DNA from: a virus
IMG/VR virus record: IMGVR_UViG_3300044510_000078
Length of the DNA stretch: 64,000 bases
Reading direction: 5' to 3' (one strand)
Below, one piece after another: positions 17,381 to 26,400 of this stretch. Position numbers and translations under genes: made by a program. The notes under the pieces are model-generated. The model made no database searches. It was not told where the DNA came from and saw nothing but the letters and a program-made list of their open reading frames with translations. Each line of letters begins with the position of its first letter. Position 1 is the stretch's first letter.

Positions 17381-17875
17381 TTAGTCAATAGTTTTTGTTG
17401 GCCAAAAATAGGGAATATCATTCGTCTCTTTCCAACCGAAAGAACTATACCAACCGGGGTCTTTTCTCAAAAGATTTGACCTGTGGCTCGCGTGTAATCG
17501 CTCGTCACCTAGCCAGCTAGGTGTAGGTTCCCTTTGGATAATTAGTGGACTAAACGGTAATTCTCCGACGAAGATATATTCTGGATAATAACTATGTATT
17601 TTATTAAAAAGAGAGTCTTTATACCCTCGACTTATCCACTCTTGACATATGAAAAGGCCATATACTACTAAACACTTTTCATAGCCTTTCCACATTTGAG
17701 TGCATGGATGATTATACCAAGGAGTTTTTCGTATTTTATCACCACGAATTGATTCTGGCCCGATTTTTAGAGCCTTTAGCATTTGAAATACTTCTACTCT
17801 TTGCTTGCCTAGCCTTTTAGTGTCTAAGACTTTAGCACACGAAGAGAAAAGGGCGTGTGGCAAAAACGTTTGCAT
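17381..17875 (-). CDS. pyrimidine dimer DNA glycosylase / endonuclease V-like protein
   Basis: MQTFLP, LD.KRLGKQRVE, NHPC..MWKGY, HASHRSNLLRKDP. Confidence 0.88.
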   Translation of the reverse strand: MQTFLPHALFSSCAKVLDTKRLGKQRVEVFQMLKALKIGPESIRGDKIRKTPWYNHPCTQMWKGYEKCLVVYGLFICQEWISRGYKDSLFNKIHSYYPEYIFVGELPFSPLIIQREPTPSWLGDERLHASHRSNLLRKDPGWYSSFGWKETNDIPYFWPTKTID

Positions 17876-18333
17876 TATATTAATGTTTTATTATAAATCA
17901 CATACGCGCTAAGAATTGGAAAATTCATAACGTCATAAAAACTAGCTTGAGATACTCTAAAATTATGAAACGTCAATCCATTCCAAGTCACAAACCATGA
18001 AGCTTCATTCCTCAACATGAGTTGAGAATATAAAACTAGATTCTCGTTTCTAATTTTATAATTAAATGTTTCTAGCTTTTGGTTTGTCAAGTTACTTTTA
18101 GTCGCTCTGAAAGCTCTAAATCCATGACTTCGTAGGAAGTCTAGCATTATTCTGTCAGAATAATTGGGTCGTCTTTTGATTTTGTTGGGGTTCACTCCTG
18201 TAATAAGGGATAGGGCAGTTGCACCGCAACCGGCTCTTTCGTATTTTCCTATATCGAAAATATGCGCGGCAAATTTCTCCATTCGATATTTAGAGAAATC
18301 AGTATTCCCGGCTCCGTATGTTCCATTTTCCAT
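17875..18333 (-). CDS. hypothetical protein
   Basis: 152-aa ORF; CGATAL segment is weakly peptidase-like. Confidence 0.65.
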   Translation of the reverse strand: MENGTYGAGNTDFSKYRMEKFAAHIFDIGKYERAGCGATALSLITGVNPNKIKRRPNYSDRIMLDFLRSHGFRAFRATKSNLTNQKLETFNYKIRNENLVLYSQLMLRNEASWFVTWNGLTFHNFRVSQASFYDVMNFPILSAYVIYNKTLI

Positions 18334-18335
18334 AA

Positions 18336-18360
18336 AATTAAAAGGCCCGCTTGCGCGGGC
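18336..18360 (-). terminator. intrinsic terminator
   Basis: GCCCGC-GCAA-GCGGGC GNRA hairpin followed by CTTTTAATTTT. Confidence 0.75.
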
Positions 18361-18366
18361 TTGAAC

Positions 18367-18486
18367 TTAACTGGCGCGGAGACTTGGAAGACGAACGCTC
18401 GAAGTCTTTTTTGGAGCTTCGGGAGTATTGTCCTTTACAGGAGTGACTTCCTTTGTTTCGGCCTTTGTTTTGTTTTTCTTTGGCAT
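18367..18486 (-). CDS. 39-aa basic protein (MPKKNKTKAETKE...)
   Basis: Manual translation; has its own promoter and terminator. Confidence 0.55.
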   Translation of the reverse strand: MPKKNKTKAETKEVTPVKDNTPEAPKKTSSVRLPSLRAS

Positions 18487-18495
18487 AACAAAATT

Positions 18496-18523
18496 ATTTT
18501 AGCATGGCTTTAGTAGTTGTCAA
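18496..18523 (-). promoter_or_regulatory. sigma70-type promoter
   Basis: TTGACA-16-TAAAAT. Confidence 0.6.
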
Positions 18524-18885
18524 CTTTGTTTTTCAGTATTTTCCATATTTATGTAATTTTTAATTCGCTCAACTACTTCTTGACTTGTATGACCATCCCA
18601 TTTTGGGGCCAACGACAAGACTCTTGCACCCGTTTTATTCGCTAATTCCCACATACTCACAGGCAAATGATAGGTTATGTCTCCAGTCGGTAAACAAATC
18701 CCACCGATAAACCAGCCCTTATAACTTGAACCGTCATCATGGAGAAGGCTTATCCAAGACCATCCCGGCACGTTTTTCATAAACGCCAGAAAAAGAGAAC
18801 ATCTATGGTCATAAAGCTCATTAAAGGTATGAATCCCATCGGAGACTTCTCCTGTATCACAAGGAATTATAAGGCTATTATTCAT
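18520..18885 (-). CDS. conserved phage hypothetical protein (SDG.HTFNELY...WDGH)
   Basis: Recognisable motif pattern. Confidence 0.75.
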   Translation of the reverse strand: MNNSLIIPCDTGEVSDGIHTFNELYDHRCSLFLAFMKNVPGWSWISLLHDDGSSYKGWFIGGICLPTGDITYHLPVSMWELANKTGARVLSLAPKWDGHTSQEVVERIKNYINMENTEKQS

Positions 18886-19842
18886 GTTTTTTAACTCTTG
18901 GGTCTGAAAGATTTTCGTCGCTGAAGAATTTTCGATATTGTTTCCAAGATTTGAAATTTCCGTAGTATTTACCGTCGTCTATACAGCAAGCGCTGTGTTC
19001 TGCTGGCGAAAGATGACGCGGAATAGAACCAAATAATCTATCGCAAAGTTTGATGTCGGCTTCATAATCGTCTTTACCTTCAAAGTTATGGTAAGAAATT
19101 CTAGCGCAGCGGGCGACGGCTATTTTTCTTTTTAATTCGTCTATGCTTTTATGCCAGTCTGGAGAATCTATATCCACGTAGTTATTATTCAATGCAATCA
19201 ACCTAGACTCGTTCATTTTATCTCCGAAGGGTATGTGCCACTGACCTTTTTCTATTTTCTTTGGGATTGACGAATTATAAAGCTCTAACATTCTTTCTGC
19301 GAGAATCCTGAATTCGGGCTGGGCGTCTTCATGTGCTCGCAGAGCAAAAAATTCTCGTAATCTGTTCCACTAAAAATGACCCTAATATGAAACCAAGGCT
19401 CCAAAATGCGATTAACGATTTGCTTATGAAGACCAAGTTGATTAAGAAGAGTCGCCTGCTCTATAGCTTTATTTCTAGCCTGTAGCCAAAGCCTCTTTGA
19501 TTTTTCCATCGGGGTTACTTTTTCTGTTCTAGCTTCGCTGGCTCCGCCGCCAAGATACTCCTCATAATAAAAATCTTCAGTTTTATTTGTATTGTCCAAT
19601 TCTTGATGCGCTTGCATCCCGCGCTGATTCGCCCCCCAAAATTCAGGCATGGCTGGGTTATTTTTAATTTGTTCAACGAATTTTTCAAATGGTATTGCGC
19701 GGGAACTCGCCGCGTTCTTAGAAAAGACTCGGTGCGTCATAAGTTCACTATGAATAAATCTTGGATATTCTAAAATAAACGTAGTCAATCTAACCCCACT
19801 AGGAGATATAGAATCGGTAATTATTTCTGTTTTAATTGGCAT
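18878..19842 (-). pseudogene. thyX: flavin-dependent thymidylate synthase, split by 1-nt frameshift at 19346-19351 (321 aa if repaired)
   Basis: PRFIHSELMTHRVFSKNAASSRAIP; adding one T restores ENFFALRAHEDAQPEF..LAERMLE joining the second ORF with ARCARISY and HLSPAEH. Confidence 0.75.
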
Positions 19843-19848
19843 ATTATT

Positions 19849-20064
19849 TTAATATACTCCAGTAATCCCACAAGGAAATTCATATCTTCTATATACACCG
19901 CTTACTGTTTTTATATTTGGGATGTAGTAATCGTTTAGTTTAACTTTAGGCGACTCAGGTTCCATTACTTCGGCATTTTTATTTTTTTTAATAACAGGAA
20001 CTACAAAACTAGCGAAGAGTGCTTTAAGGAATCCTCGACGACCGGGCTTTTGTTGTTTATTCAT
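19849..20064 (-). CDS. small protein with twin-arginine-like leader
   Basis: GRRGFLK followed by a hydrophobic stretch. Confidence 0.55.
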   Translation of the reverse strand: MNKQQKPGRRGFLKALFASFVVPVIKKNKNAEVMEPESPKVKLNDYYIPNIKTVSGVYRRYEFPCGITGVY

Positions 20065-20560
20065 ATTTTATTTTCTTTTTGGGGGAAAGCCCATTCTCAT
20101 CTAAATCTTCAAAACGATGTTCACAAAAAATCATCAATTTTTCGCGTATTTCTGGCCAGTGTTCGATTTTGTAATAATTTTTCATTTTACTAGAGTATTC
20201 CTGCACTTTTTCAGGTTTTGGTCTAAATGCCAATTTAAGAACTTGGTCTGGAAAATGAGAAAGCACTTCTGGATGGTCGTCTATAAATACGTCGAAGGAA
20301 AAAGCTTTGCCGAAAATCGCCTTATCTTTCCGCTCCCAACAATAATATAAATTATCAGGTTTGATTCCGGTTTTTTGGAAAAACCCAAATTTTTCAATCC
20401 ACTCTAAAGATTTAGCTCTTTGTTCGGAATTTACCCTAGATATAATCCAAATTTCATGCCCGTCTTCTACTAGATTTTTTATTACCTCTAAGGCTCGTGG
20501 GTATGCTTCTCTAGTTGGGTTATGGACAATTGTGTTGCCCAAGTCTATTCCAATTTTCAT
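20057..20560 (-). CDS. HAD-like hydrolase (nucleotidase-like)
   Basis: IGIDLGNTI, WIISR, VFIDDHP. Confidence 0.65.
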   Translation of the reverse strand: MKIGIDLGNTIVHNPTREAYPRALEVIKNLVEDGHEIWIISRVNSEQRAKSLEWIEKFGFFQKTGIKPDNLYYCWERKDKAIFGKAFSFDVFIDDHPEVLSHFPDQVLKLAFRPKPEKVQEYSSKMKNYYKIEHWPEIREKLMIFCEHRFEDLDENGLSPKKKIKYE

Positions 20561-20865
20561 TTAATTTTACCTCCAAGAAAATAATGTCCAATAAACCCAT
20601 GAATTACTGGCAAATTTAATTTTTGTCTTAAAAAGTTCTCCAACATTGTTAGCGGGCAGTTCCAACGATTCACAGACAAATTCAAAACAAAACTAATAAC
20701 TGGAAAACAAACATACCAAGGAGCCAAGTATAACAGCCAAAATATTGACAATACATTCATTACTACTACAAAAGCGTGACTAAAAACGGTTAACCCAAAG
20801 AAGATTCGGTAGCCGATATTGATAAGAGTTTCGCGTCTTTTTTTCCATCTTGAAGTTTGAACCAT
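20557..20865 (-). CDS. membrane protein (DUF2784-like)
   Basis: Hydrophobic; CPLTMLEN.LR motif. Confidence 0.6.
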   Translation of the reverse strand: MVQTSRWKKRRETLINIGYRIFFGLTVFSHAFVVVMNVLSIFWLLYLAPWYVCFPVISFVLNLSVNRWNCPLTMLENFLRQKLNLPVIHGFIGHYFLGGKIK

Positions 20866-20972
20866 ACTCTTAGCGTTTCATTGTCAACATAATAAAAACC
20901 AATTAATTTTGCGCCGATTGGTATGAATTTTATTAAGTTTTCTGCTTGTTTTTCGTTAGGTTTGTGAATCAT
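20790..20972 (-). CDS. hypothetical protein
   Basis: 60-aa ORF; long overlap with the next gene. Confidence 0.4.
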   Translation of the reverse strand: MIHKPNEKQAENLIKFIPIGAKLIGFYYVDNETLRVWFKLQDGKKDAKLLSISATESSLG

Positions 20973-21187
20973 TAAACTTTAACTACGACCTCAACAAATT
21001 TTGTTATCTTTGGCGAGCCTTCGGAAGATAAAATTTCTGAGTGAGTTAATCTCACACCATCTACAAATGTGGTCGTAAATTTACTCTCAAATTCATGGAT
21101 AAGTAAAAGAATTTTCCGCGCCAAATTATCTCGTTCGTTTTGAAAATCTTTTACCGATAGCTCGGTGGAAATTTGTGCTGTTTTCAT
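20972..21187 (-). CDS. hypothetical protein
   Basis: 71-aa ORF with coupled stop/start. Confidence 0.6.
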   Translation of the reverse strand: MKTAQISTELSVKDFQNERDNLARKILLLIHEFESKFTTTFVDGVRLTHSEILSSEGSPKITKFVEVVVKV

Positions 21188-21366
21188 TTGTTTAATTCTA
21201 TATCCTTTATGTTAGCGTAAATTTCCTTATTGTCAATCTCTAAAATATATACAAATTCACTTTTATCGCCGTAGTTGTTCGTTACAAGCCGAACTGGACA
21301 AATTGCGCCAGCTTCTATTTTTTGGCCGCATTCTGTTCTAAGTTTTTTCTTGAGTGTTGCTGTCAT
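21184..21366 (-). CDS. hypothetical protein
   Basis: 60-aa ORF with coupled stop/start. Confidence 0.55.
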   Translation of the reverse strand: MTATLKKKLRTECGQKIEAGAICPVRLVTNNYGDKSEFVYILEIDNKEIYANIKDIELNK

Positions 21367-21692
21367 TTTATTCTGATTGTTGGGGTTGGCAAGTTTGGGA
21401 CTTCGATGGTCGGCTCGTATTTATATTTGATTATATTTGATGGTTTACCTTCTTTTTTATTTTTGTCATAGGGAATAATGAAGAATATGTATTGTTTGTT
21501 TTCTGACACGTCTAACGTCAATCTATCAACCCTGCCTATATCTCTCCTTATCGAGAGGCCAGATTCGCTTTTGATTTCAAAAAAATATCCAACAATGTCC
21601 GATTTAGGCAGATTTTGCCAACAAACCGTTACTTCTCTCCCAAAACAATCAAACCCCAAAAACAAGCAGAAAATTAATATAAATTTTTTCAT
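21363..21692 (-). CDS. secreted fibronectin type III-like protein
   Basis: Signal peptide; W...DIVGY...YIFFIIPYD....G.PSN. Confidence 0.6.
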   Translation of the reverse strand: MKKFILIFCLFLGFDCFGREVTVCWQNLPKSDIVGYFFEIKSESGLSIRRDIGRVDRLTLDVSENKQYIFFIIPYDKNKKEGKPSNIIKYKYEPTIEVPNLPTPTIRIK

Positions 21693-21693
21693 T

Positions 21694-22326
21694 TTAGAAA
21701 TACATGACGTATGTTGATTTTTTGTGTTTTTTTGCCAAAAATAATGAGTGCGCCGTTCCTTTACTTTCTCCGTCCCATGCTGCCAGAACGATGTCTGAAT
21801 TGATAATTATATCTTCGTTTCTTTGAAAACCAGCACTTTTGCCAAGGTTTTTCCAGTGAGCAGGAAATTCAACAAGCCTAAGAGAATTTTCTCTGGCAAA
21901 TTTCGCTCCCAATGAGTCGGCTCCATTGGCCCCACCAGAAATAATAATGGCTTTTTTTTGAAATTTGGCCGAGATAAAGCCGGTTTTAATGGCTTCAATT
22001 ACTTTAAATAGTCTTTTCTCGTCGGAGAAAGACCTAGAACCAATAATCGCTAATTTCGGACTAATCAGTAAATCTTCCAAAACTTCTCCGTGACACAATT
22101 TTTCTCCGCACCAACACCCTAAGACTTTCCCTTTAAGGGAATAAAGATTTTTGAGGATTTGAGGTTGAGAAAAAATCCAACTAGCATATTTTTCAACGAC
22201 TTCTTCCCTTGTCCCGTCCTGTCCTATAATAAACGGATTGCCCCAAACTCCTTCTAATCCCGTGTTTGGACAGTTCCCTCTTCCAATATAAACGTCATAG
22301 GGTAATTTTTTACAGTGAACTATCAT
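21694..22326 (-). CDS. DUF4326-SLOG (DUF2493/YspA-like) fusion protein
   Basis: YDVYIGRG..WGNPF..LKGKVLGCWC...CHG; then IIGSR..ISGGANGAD..AHW...GKSAGFQRN..WDGESKGT. Confidence 0.8.
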   Translation of the reverse strand: MIVHCKKLPYDVYIGRGNCPNTGLEGVWGNPFIIGQDGTREEVVEKYASWIFSQPQILKNLYSLKGKVLGCWCGEKLCHGEVLEDLLISPKLAIIGSRSFSDEKRLFKVIEAIKTGFISAKFQKKAIIISGGANGADSLGAKFARENSLRLVEFPAHWKNLGKSAGFQRNEDIIINSDIVLAAWDGESKGTAHSLFLAKKHKKSTYVMYF

Positions 22327-22340
22327 GTAATTTTTAATAA

Positions 22341-22730
22341 TTAAAGCTTTTTAAGCTTTCCCCAAGGTTTATAGTAAATGTTCTGCCCGCCTGCGCCAAC
22401 AACAAATTGGGCGTATTCGATTCTGTTTCCAGTTTCAGCGTCAATAAAGAATCCTGATTTGTATGGATTATAAGTTGCTTTGCGATATTCAAGCAGTAAA
22501 TTAACCAGCGGAGTTTGTTCTCCAATCGTTTCTTTTAAAGAGCTTTCTTCACCCTCAACAAAAGCGTGAACATTTTTTTGTTTTTCTCGCAAAACTCTTT
22601 TTCTTCCAACCTCGGATACTTTGAATTTACAATCTTTAAGATAGATAACGTCCTTATGAGCAATGACCCGGCCCTTGTATAACACGGAAAAGCATTTATT
22701 TCGTAAATTTCTATAAATTTTGATTTTCAC
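22341..22730 (-). CDS. conserved phage hypothetical protein
   Basis: YRNL..KCFS...GRKRVLREKQKNVHAFV pattern. Confidence 0.7.
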   Translation of the reverse strand: MKIKIYRNLRNKCFSVLYKGRVIAHKDVIYLKDCKFKVSEVGRKRVLREKQKNVHAFVEGEESSLKETIGEQTPLVNLLLEYRKATYNPYKSGFFIDAETGNRIEYAQFVVGAGGQNIYYKPWGKLKKL

Positions 22731-23213
22731 TTATGTAAGTTTAGTTTGATTTTGTAATTTGTCAATAATGTTCGTTGTAGAAATGCCTTCTATATATGAA
22801 ATTATATTAATTTCGGACCCAATTTTATTAAGGGTAGAATATTCTTGACGGTTAAGTGTATGTATTTTGTAATCTCCACCCTTTACATAAATATCTGGCC
22901 ACGCTTTTTCTAAAAAATCACACGCTAATACATCGTCAAAAACACAAACAAAATCTATCATTTTTAATGAATCTAAAACTTCCGCCCTATCAAGCTCTGG
23001 ATTAACTGGGCGATTTTCCCCTTTGAGAATTCTAGTCGCCCTATCTGAATTTATCCCAACGATAAGATGAGAGCCAAGTCTTTTTGCTGTTTTTAAATAA
23101 GACACATGGCCACGATGTAAAATATCGAATACTCCATTCGTGACGACAACTCTCGCTCCGTTAAATAGTCCAGATTGCCTTATTATTCCAAGAGTTTTTA
23201 AATTAATAACCAT
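22731..23213 (-). CDS. rfaE2: D-glycero-beta-D-manno-heptose-1-phosphate adenylyltransferase (HldE domain II)
   Basis: TNGVFDILHRGH, VGINSD....LKG..RP, YVKGGDY, GISTT. Confidence 0.85.
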   Translation of the reverse strand: MVINLKTLGIIRQSGLFNGARVVVTNGVFDILHRGHVSYLKTAKRLGSHLIVGINSDRATRILKGENRPVNPELDRAEVLDSLKMIDFVCVFDDVLACDFLEKAWPDIYVKGGDYKIHTLNRQEYSTLNKIGSEINIISYIEGISTTNIIDKLQNQTKLT

Positions 23214-23228
23214 AACTTAATACGACGC

Positions 23229-23633
23229 TCACTGAAACGGCAAAAGATTTAATTCTTTAGCATGACTCTGGCAAACGGTTTTGAGTAAGGCTCCATCTTT
23301 TTGTTTATGTAGGACTCCAGTTTCACCACACACCTCGCAAGTCACAAATGATTTTCTTTCCGCCGCGATAATTATTTTGTGAGCGTCAATAGTCCGGCTG
23401 TTTTTGGTATAAAATCTAAGTCCTCCGAATTTTTCTTTTACTTGTTCGGCTATGGTTTGTTCTGCGTTTTGAGAATCGGTAAGATTCTGAATGCTTCTGC
23501 ACAAATCAAAAATAATTTGATACCATCCATCATCACAAGAAATTCCATATTTCATACAAGAATCTGGATTATCATGTTCGCTAAAAATCTTCGGGAAAAT
23601 AGAATATAGAGAATTTTGTTTTTGGGGACTCAT
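23229..23633 (-). CDS. conserved phage hypothetical protein
   Basis: CDDGW...QVKEKFGGLRFY...CEVCG. Confidence 0.75.
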   Translation of the reverse strand: MSPQKQNSLYSIFPKIFSEHDNPDSCMKYGISCDDGWYQIIFDLCRSIQNLTDSQNAEQTIAEQVKEKFGGLRFYTKNSRTIDAHKIIIAAERKSFVTCEVCGETGVLHKQKDGALLKTVCQSHAKELNLLPFQ

Positions 23634-23636
23634 AAT

Positions 23637-24263
23637 TTAATGGTGGTCGAATGACGTTATTTGCTTTTTATCCATAATGGCTTTTATTACGTCAAAAGAA
23701 ACCGGCCCGTGAAACACGTCAAATCCGACATCCAAAAGTTTTGAATTTAGATTAGATTCTTTTGAGTCCTCACAGTTTCCGTGTGAGTGCCCGCACAAAG
23801 CCCAAGAGCCTTGATTTATTTTATTCCATACTTTTATTGGATAATGAAAATTAGTAATTAATTGATTATTCACTATAACCTCTAAATAATCGCCAAAGAA
23901 AAAGACATTATTCCAATTGCGACATTCTCTTCCCATAAATATCGAAGGGATTGCGTTTTCCTTATAAATGGTAGAAACAGCAGATTCGTGATTTCCGTTA
24001 ATATAAATCACATTGCAAGGAATTCTTGAAAGTAAAGATTTTACTGATTCTACGCAGCTATTCAAGGCCAAATCCCCAAGGTAAATAAGCGTGTCCGTAG
24101 GACGCAAAACACTTAGCGAATTCAAGATAGCGGCATCATTCTCTTGAAATGAATTAAAACCCCTTGGACGCCAAATAAAGGGCTGGATATGATTATAATG
24201 AAAATCAGACGCCCAAAAAACACGGGCTTCGTCGGAATGTGATAGTTTAATTGGTTTGAACAT
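23637..24263 (-). CDS. calcineurin-like metallophosphoesterase
   Basis: SDFH, YLGD, GNHE, FHYP, GHSH. Confidence 0.88.
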   Translation of the reverse strand: MFKPIKLSHSDEARVFWASDFHYNHIQPFIWRPRGFNSFQENDAAILNSLSVLRPTDTLIYLGDLALNSCVESVKSLLSRIPCNVIYINGNHESAVSTIYKENAIPSIFMGRECRNWNNVFFFGDYLEVIVNNQLITNFHYPIKVWNKINQGSWALCGHSHGNCEDSKESNLNSKLLDVGFDVFHGPVSFDVIKAIMDKKQITSFDHH

Positions 24264-24266
24264 TTT

Positions 24267-24563
24267 TTATGAAAACTTCTTTTTATTGCGGATTTTATTT
24301 CTTTTTGTTTTATAATATGTTACGTTTGGCTGTTTGTCAAGCCACTTTTTGAAGCGTTGGTATTCTTGGGTTTGCTTGATTAGCTCTACAGAATTTAAGA
24401 TTTCTGCCAATTGACTATTACTCCAAGTCGAATGGATAAAATCTTCACAAGACGGGCAGGTAGAAACGGTTTCTTTGCCTCCCTGCGAACGTGGAATAAA
24501 ATGATGCTGTTCTACTGAGTCCGATTCTCTTTCACAATAAACACATTGGTTTTCCTTTTCCAT
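24267..24563 (-). CDS. HNH-like protein
   Basis: CVYC...HHFIPRSQGG...CPSC. Confidence 0.7.
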   Translation of the reverse strand: MEKENQCVYCERESDSVEQHHFIPRSQGGKETVSTCPSCEDFIHSTWSNSQLAEILNSVELIKQTQEYQRFKKWLDKQPNVTYYKTKRNKIRNKKKFS

Positions 24564-24780
24564 AAACTCTTATATATCTTTTTCTTTTGATTATCTTGAT
24601 TTTTAAACCAAAAATTTCATTGATTCCATTATTAATTGGTATTGTGAGAAAGTAATTTTTTCGTTCTGATAGTTCTTCTTTTAATTGTGAGATATTCTCA
24701 AATCCCAAAGAAACAATATTCGGCTCGTGACCAAATTTATAATAATATTCAGTTATTTTTTCTTTGATTGTATTTATCAT
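24532..24780 (-). CDS. hypothetical protein
   Basis: 82-aa ORF. Confidence 0.55.
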   Translation of the reverse strand: MINTIKEKITEYYYKFGHEPNIVSLGFENISQLKEELSERKNYFLTIPINNGINEIFGLKIKIIKRKRYIRVYGKGKPMCLL

Positions 24781-25370
24781 TTATTTAATTGAATTAATTC
24801 TATTTTGTATTCTCCAGCTAATTGAAGGGCAAAGTTGTCTTTATCATAAATTTCTTCAAATACAATCCTTTTAATTCCGTTCGCGGCAATTGCCTGCATA
24901 CAATTCCTACATGGTAGTAAATTACAAGCTAACAACCATCCCTCTCTTGGCTTGAGCCAAGCTAGGGCGTTTATTTCTGCATGAATAACTCTTTTGCGCC
25001 GTTCATCCCTGTTACTCCAATCAATTTCTATTCCTTTAGGAGCGCCATTATACCCTAATGACGCGACTGATTTATCTTCTCTCAAAATGCAACATCCTGT
25101 AGTTTTCCACGGGTCTTCGCTTCTTAAAGCTGCTGTTTTAGCAAGAAGAAGCGCATACTCTTCCCAAGAAACCCTTGGTTTTGCGGTAATGATTTGACTT
25201 ACTTCTAATTTTGGCCATTTTTGCCATGTTATTTCTTCAAAATCGGAGTCACCACCACATCTGCATATACACATTGAACCACCAAACATTTCAGGTGTTA
25301 TAGGTTTTTTAACGCCATGACAAAGGCCGTGGTTATCTTTTTGGCATTCTTCACATAAATATACGTCCAT
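24777..25370 (-). CDS. dCMP deaminase with N-terminal Cys-rich extension
   Basis: RSEDP, GYNG, HAEINAL, PCRNC. Confidence 0.88.
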   Translation of the reverse strand: MDVYLCEECQKDNHGLCHGVKKPITPEMFGGSMCICRCGGDSDFEEITWQKWPKLEVSQIITAKPRVSWEEYALLLAKTAALRSEDPWKTTGCCILREDKSVASLGYNGAPKGIEIDWSNRDERRKRVIHAEINALAWLKPREGWLLACNLLPCRNCMQAIAANGIKRIVFEEIYDKDNFALQLAGEYKIELIQLNK

Positions 25371-25374
25371 AATT

Positions 25375-25677
25375 TTAGTTTGGTTTATTTTCGATTGGCT
25401 CTATTGTGACTTTAAAACATTTGCCCAATTCGCAATTTTTAATCATATCGTGACATAATGGTAAAACTAATGATTTTTCAATTCTATGGTCGTCTAAAAC
25501 TCCGTATCCCTTCATTAAGCACGAAGGAAAATAAAATACATTAGAAGAATATTCCATGCTTGTTAAATAAAAAAGGAACTGCAATTTTTTACTTTTTTGC
25601 CAACTTATTGAATCAAAATTATCTCTAAATTTTTTCGAAAAACAATTCCTTGGGGAATCTCCTTTACCATTTTGCAT
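25375..25677 (-). CDS. hypothetical protein
   Basis: 100-aa ORF. Confidence 0.55.
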   Translation of the reverse strand: MQNGKGDSPRNCFSKKFRDNFDSISWQKSKKLQFLFYLTSMEYSSNVFYFPSCLMKGYGVLDDHRIEKSLVLPLCHDMIKNCELGKCFKVTIEPIENKPN

Positions 25678-25679
25678 AA

Positions 25680-25862
25680 TTATTTTAAATCTTTTCGTTG
25701 ATAAATGATATTTGTATTTATTGGGGTTAAGGCTTTCATAAGCTTCAGTCTTTTAAGACAGTCGGATTTTTTATTAGAACAGTATGGTGGAGCGATTGGT
25801 ATGAATTCGTCTTCTGAATTTCTAAAATAAGATTGAACTAAAAATCTAGGAATCTTCTTCAT
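25680..25862 (-). CDS. hypothetical protein
   Basis: 60-aa ORF behind a clear promoter. Confidence 0.6.
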   Translation of the reverse strand: MKKIPRFLVQSYFRNSEDEFIPIAPPYCSNKKSDCLKRLKLMKALTPINTNIIYQRKDLK

Positions 25863-25868
25863 GTGAAG

Positions 25869-25897
25869 ATGGTAAAGTAAACTTCTCTTTACGTCAA
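25869..25897 (-). promoter_or_regulatory. sigma70-type promoter (leaderless start)
   Basis: TTGACG-17-TACCAT, 6 nt before ATG 25862. Confidence 0.7.
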
Positions 25898-25987
25898 GAG
25901 AAAAGAACCCCGTAATAAATAGATAGGTTATAGCCTATAAAAAGAGGAAAGACCTCGGACTTTGCCAGTTTTCTATCTTTCCTATAA

Positions 25988-26212
25988 TTACACTTTAAGG
26001 TAGGATGATACTCTTTTATTATTTACTTTTTGTAAATCCCTATCGAGGGCGAAACCAAAAAGTGTATTATGCAAGCTGACTAGCCGGTAGCCGTTATTAC
26101 ACATTTGTCTTGCTCTTACGGTAAGACCTTTGAAGTCGTAAAGACATCCGGCTCTTACTGTGTTTTTCTTTGCAAACTGTCCGTTTTTGTTTCTAACGTT
26201 GTGATAGTTCAT
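25988..26212 (-). CDS. hypothetical basic protein
   Basis: 74-aa ORF; RNKNGQF motif. Confidence 0.65.
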   Translation of the reverse strand: MNYHNVRNKNGQFAKKNTVRAGCLYDFKGLTVRARQMCNNGYRLVSLHNTLFGFALDRDLQKVNNKRVSSYLKV

Positions 26213-26219
26213 ATATTCT

Positions 26220-26360
26220 TTAGAGTCGTGGAGGGTTGCGTTTATTCAGGTATTCTTTAATTTTTTCAAAGAAATATCCGAACGATTCAAAAGTAAAAAC
26301 GCCCACTATTAAAGCTCCCAAAAGACAACAAAAAATTATAGCTAAAATAGCATAAATCAT
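26220..26360 (-). CDS. 46-aa membrane protein
   Basis: Manual translation MIYAILAIIFCCLLGALIVGVF... Confidence 0.5.
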   Translation of the reverse strand: MIYAILAIIFCCLLGALIVGVFTFESFGYFFEKIKEYLNKRNPPRL

Positions 26361-26387
26361 AACTTCTTAATATTATACATAAGAATC

Positions 26388-26395
26388 AGTGTAAT
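26388..26395 (+). promoter_or_regulatory. AGTGTAAT motif
   Basis: 5 nt before ATG 26401. Confidence 0.5.
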
Positions 26396-26400
26396 TTGAT

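Noticed and set aside
25935-25985. GAGGAAAGACC resembling the RNase P RNA P4 motif
   Set aside because: The motif is imperfect, the gap is too short and the 3' P4 partner is absent; better explained as a GGAAAGA/TCTTTCC stem.
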